A stretch of 38,210 nt of DNA from Octopus sinensis (lineage: Eukaryota), in NCBI RefSeq assembly GCF_006345805.1, contig NW_021835811.1, forward strand, positions 1 to 38,210. Reading direction: 5' to 3'. The translations under genes and the position numbers were made by a program. This document shows, in pieces, positions 34,556 through 38,210 of this stretch (positions are counted from its first letter, which is position 1; each line of letters begins with the position of its first letter). The notes under the pieces are model-generated. The model had not been told where the DNA came from. It searched no databases and saw only the letters and a program-made list of their open reading frames with translations.

Positions 34556-34822
34556 TCTGCGTTCATACTACTTTTCCGTAGCTACAGGTTCGCAAACTTG
34601 TCTAATATCCCAAACTACTGTTTTACCGGTACAATCATGACTGCATTTATACTCATTTTGTGCTAGCGTACTGCACTCACTTGAAAGATAGTTAATTCTT
34701 TAGTTTCCTTTCCCACACTCTATGTATTTACTAACTGATTGAGTTATATCAATCGTTGTCTTCATCAAACTCGTTCTAACGGTTTGTTCATGAGACGCTA
34801 TAATTAATAACTCACTTTACTA

Positions 34823-34870
<48 letters not shown>

Positions 34871-35059
34871 CTGCTGTTGCTGCAGTTGTTGTTGTTGTCG
34901 TTGTTGTTGGTACTACTGCTGTTGTTGCTCTTGTCGAACCGTATTATTTTGGCTTCCGCAGGTTGGGATTTACTGAGTGGCTTTAAACTTTAAAACGTGA
35001 AAAAATATTTCTGCATGTATATGTATAAATAAATAAATAAATACATGCACGCGCACACA

Positions 35060-35098
<39 letters not shown>

Positions 35099-35419
35099 TA
35101 TATATTATGAAGTTAAAAGCTGTGGCCGGTATAAGAGTGACCATTGGTTTCGCACCTATAAAACGCTTAACAGCATAGGCGATTCTTCACAGTCAAATGG
35201 CTGAGGATGCATAACCTCTCTACAACTGGAGAAAGAAATACGTAAACAAAAACATTTATTTTATAAACAAAAGCTAACTGTTCACTGTCACCGCTACTAT
35301 TCTTGTCGTTGTTATTGTTGTCGGTGGGTGCATCGTTGTTGCTTATCCTCTAACTCTGACTACCACCGTCGCCGCTGTCAATATTGTCGTTGTTATTTTC
35401 GTGTGAGGTGTCGTTGCTG

Positions 35420-35880
35420 CTTCGGCTGTTACTCTGTCTGCCAGTGGTGTCTGCCTCCTCGGCCTCATACAAGACCCCCACTGGGCAGTCATTGTAAACC
35501 CTACATGAGCATCTTGCTTCTGTTCGCGGCTTAGGGGTGCTCACTAAAACGTTCTTAATGGTGGGCGCGCAACTGAAAGATACCCTACGTTGTGCCTGTT
35601 AAACAAACGCCTGTACTCGTGTGACTGTGTGAAGTGTTTGTCTACCAATCTAAGCAATATCCTTTCCGCGCAGTTTTAACATTGAAAGTGAAGGGCACGG
35701 TAAACAGAACGACATTACGGTGACGTCTCCTTTTGTAGGTGCCAGGACCTTGCATATGGAAGATGCGGTTCTTAAACCCATTGGACCTCGTTGTAATAAG
35801 GGGCCGCGGCGTCGAAAATACCTTGATTTGAGGACAGGTTCGAGATTCTCTTGCTGACACTAGATTCCTGAAGACGATAG
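35420..35880 (-). pseudogene. Penelope-like element fragment (RT thumb to GIY-YIG linker)
   Basis: Minus strand SKRISNLSSNQGIFDAAAPYYNE, RRRHRNVVLFTVPFTFNVKT, KHFTQSHEYRRLFNRHNV, CSCRVYNDCPVGVLYEA. Confidence 0.85.
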
Positions 35881-35894
35881 GTGAGCGGCAGGAG

Positions 35895-36040
35895 GCTGTG
35901 TTTCTGACAAAGAGCCATGCTCGAAACGTCAGCCCTATTTTTCCATCCAAAACTTTCACTGAATTTCAATCCAACATATTCACTGTGTACGTCCAATAGA
36001 CTTTTGATGCTTCCTCCTGTTTTTCTTAATTTACCTATAT
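35895..36040 (+). mobile_element. Inverted pLTR-like segment with a decayed hammerhead motif
   Basis: CUGACAA-A-GAGC(CAU)GCUC-GAAACGUC at 35904-35930, opposite in orientation to the adjacent Penelope ORF fragment. Confidence 0.55.
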
Positions 36041-36059
36041 ACATATGCACATATGAGTG

Positions 36060-36260
36060 CGTATGTATGTATGTATGTATGTATGTAATGTATGTATGTA
36101 GTATGTATGTATGTTGTATGTATGTATGTATGTAGTACGTATTACGTACGTACGTACGTATGTATGTAGTATGTATGTAGTAGTATGTTAGTTTTATGTA
36201 TGTATGTCTATGTATGTATGTATGTATGTGTATATGGATGTATGTATGCATTATATATGC
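36060..36260. repeat. (TATG)n-type microsatellite
   Basis: Direct inspection. Confidence 0.9.
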
Positions 36261-36277
36261 ATGTCTCTTGTATTTTT

Positions 36278-37000
36278 TAATTATTATAAATCTTCCACTG
36301 AGGAGGGAGCCAGTTTCTAACAAAGATACAAAGCTCCATCTTTAGGATGTAGTAAACACAGACAAATTCACATTTGTAACTTAAGAAAAGTCTTGCATAT
36401 TTTTACTGTTCCACTCACAGATTCCACTTGTAATGTATGAATTAGCCGGTCGATTTCTCCTTCTGAAAATCCCAGTTTATCTAGATTCTCCTTTGAGCAT
36501 TTACTAACAAAACCTAATGTTTCAATTATTATTGGTATGAATATGAATTCATAATCTGGATATAGAAGCTGGAGGTTTCGAAGTTGTCCATAGATATCCT
36601 CTTTTTCTTTGACTTTCAAAGAGATATTTATATCTGCAGGGCAGCTGACCTCTATGACGGTACATGCCTTTGCCCCTCTGTCCTAAACTACAATATCCGG
36701 CCTATTATGATTACATTTGATAGAAGTTTTGATGGGAATATTCCACCAGTGTTCCTTGAGTTGGTGTTTATGAATGTATTCCATAACAGAGGAATTTTCT
36801 AAGTTTATTTCAGGACAGTCTTTTCTGCGGATGGCGTTGTAAACTGTTTTAGCGACAACATCGTGCCGCATAGGGAGGTAGTACCGTGACGACATTTTAG
36901 GACAGCTGCTAATCACACGCGTGATATCATCCACAGAAACATGATATCGCCTATACATGCGATAGCACTTTGGAATTACAAGAGCGTATCTATGTATTGT
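36278..37000 (-). pseudogene. C-terminal zinc-knuckle/RLE region and 3'UTR of an R4/Dong-like non-LTR retrotransposon
   Basis: DITRVISSCPKM..Y..RHDVVAK, WWNIPIKT..KCNHNRPDIVV, EVSCPADIN..KEKEDIYG, FIPIIIETLG; short TAA-rich end. Confidence 0.88.
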
Positions 37001-37514
37001 TTGTATTTGTTTCCCAAAAAGTGCCGAATCATACTTTCACAGAGCATTTTGTTTCGACTTGTGTGTTGTACGTTTAACAAAGCGCTAGCAAAACAAGCTA
37101 AATGCAGTCGACAAAAGAAACACTCGTATATTTTTCCAAACAGTAAAGGAAAGTGAGTGGAGGAGATGAGTGACGTATATTTTACGCACCGAAACAAAAA
37201 TACTTTGGAAGGTGAATTTCAACTTTCCAAGTACTGAACGTGAATGTCACGCCTCGCTTGACAATGACAGCAACACGAATAACAACAATAGTGAAGGTAG
37301 CATTCACACATATGAACAAACTTAGTTTCGCCTGTTGTACTTGGAACAAGGAATCTATAAATACGGTCAAGACTCAATTCCAGGAGCTACGACAACATTT
37401 TTTTTAACAAAGTCTCTGTCTCCTTGTTAACGCAGCTTAATGGGGAGTGAGCAAAGAGAAGGGTGGCTGAAGCCCGTTGTATATATAATGTTTGGTCTCA
37501 TATATATATATATA

Positions 37515-37620
37515 CCGATAGAATAAGTATTAGGCTTACAAAGAATAATTCCTGGGGTGCTCCAGCATGGCTGCAGTCAAATGGACTGAAACAAGTAGAC
37601 GAATAGAAGAGAGAGTAAAG
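37515..37620 (+). mobile_element. SINE family A 3' fragment
   Basis: CCGATAGAATAAGTATTAGGCTTACAAAG...CTCCAGCATGG..AGTCAAAT. Confidence 0.8.
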
Positions 37621-37689
37621 AATGTGTGTGTGTGTGTGTTGTGTGTGTGTGTGTGGTGTGTGTGTGTGTGTGTGTAGATCGCTATGATA

Positions 37690-37860
37690 GATCGCTAGCC
37701 ACTACACTTTCTTTATTTTCTCTCCTTGCTTCTTTCTGTGGAAGAGCGTAGGCTCGAAACGTTAAAGACTTTTTCACTTCCCGAGCGTTATACTAATACG
37801 TCTATTTGTTGTCTACACCACCTGCCTTCGTCCTTTATTTTCTTTGTGAATCCAACCCCT
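37690..37860 (+). mobile_element. Family D2 copy 2 (variant hammerhead element)
   Basis: UCUUU-CUGUGGA-A-GAGC(GUAG)GCUC-GAAACGUU-AAAGA at 37731-37768, followed by a CA/TACA microsatellite. Confidence 0.65.
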
Positions 37861-38210
37861 ATACATACACACACACAAACACACACACACACAACACACA
37901 CATCATACATACATACATACATACATTAATTTTGACCCGAAATCACTGTTCATATATATTCAAAATGAAAGCTTATAAGCCTTAACATAGGACTGTTTAT
38001 ATTTTACACATCTAGTTTATATTATATATTTTATATATCCCAACTAGTTTATATTTTATAGTAAACCATCCCGGGATTTGAACTCATAACATAAATAAAG
38101 GAAACTTAGCTCAGCAAGGGGCTTGTCAAGCAAATTCCATAGCTGCAAATATGATATATACGGACATTTAAAATTTACACAAATATATGCACATACATGT
38201 ATGCATGCAT

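Overview
AT-rich eukaryotic DNA packed with microsatellites and repeats. No host protein-coding gene can be supported, and almost all ORFs in the track are translations of microsatellites or SINEs. The repeat families resemble those I associate with octopus (coleoid cephalopod) genomes; that assignment is an inference from recall, not a search result. Contents: (1) about 25 copies of three or four tRNA-derived SINE families, here labelled A, B, C, D; (2) decayed non-LTR retrotransposon fragments (RTE x2, CR1-like, three R4/Dong-like RLE 3' ends, Penelope-like); (3) a hAT remnant and a non-autonomous Helitron; (4) more than a dozen hammerhead-ribozyme (HHR) or HHR-derived motifs in short elements from several unrelated families. 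These abut (TA)n tracts and show tandem or inverted structure typical of Penelope-like pLTRs or retrozymes. Four have fully or nearly canonical type I folds (2552-2614, 5803-5845, 5970-6074, 32497-32541), and one family shares a variant core. A second notable signal is that SINE-C forms concatemers of 185-bp units with the same junction at three independent loci. All folds and coordinates were worked out by eye; element ends may be off by a few bases.
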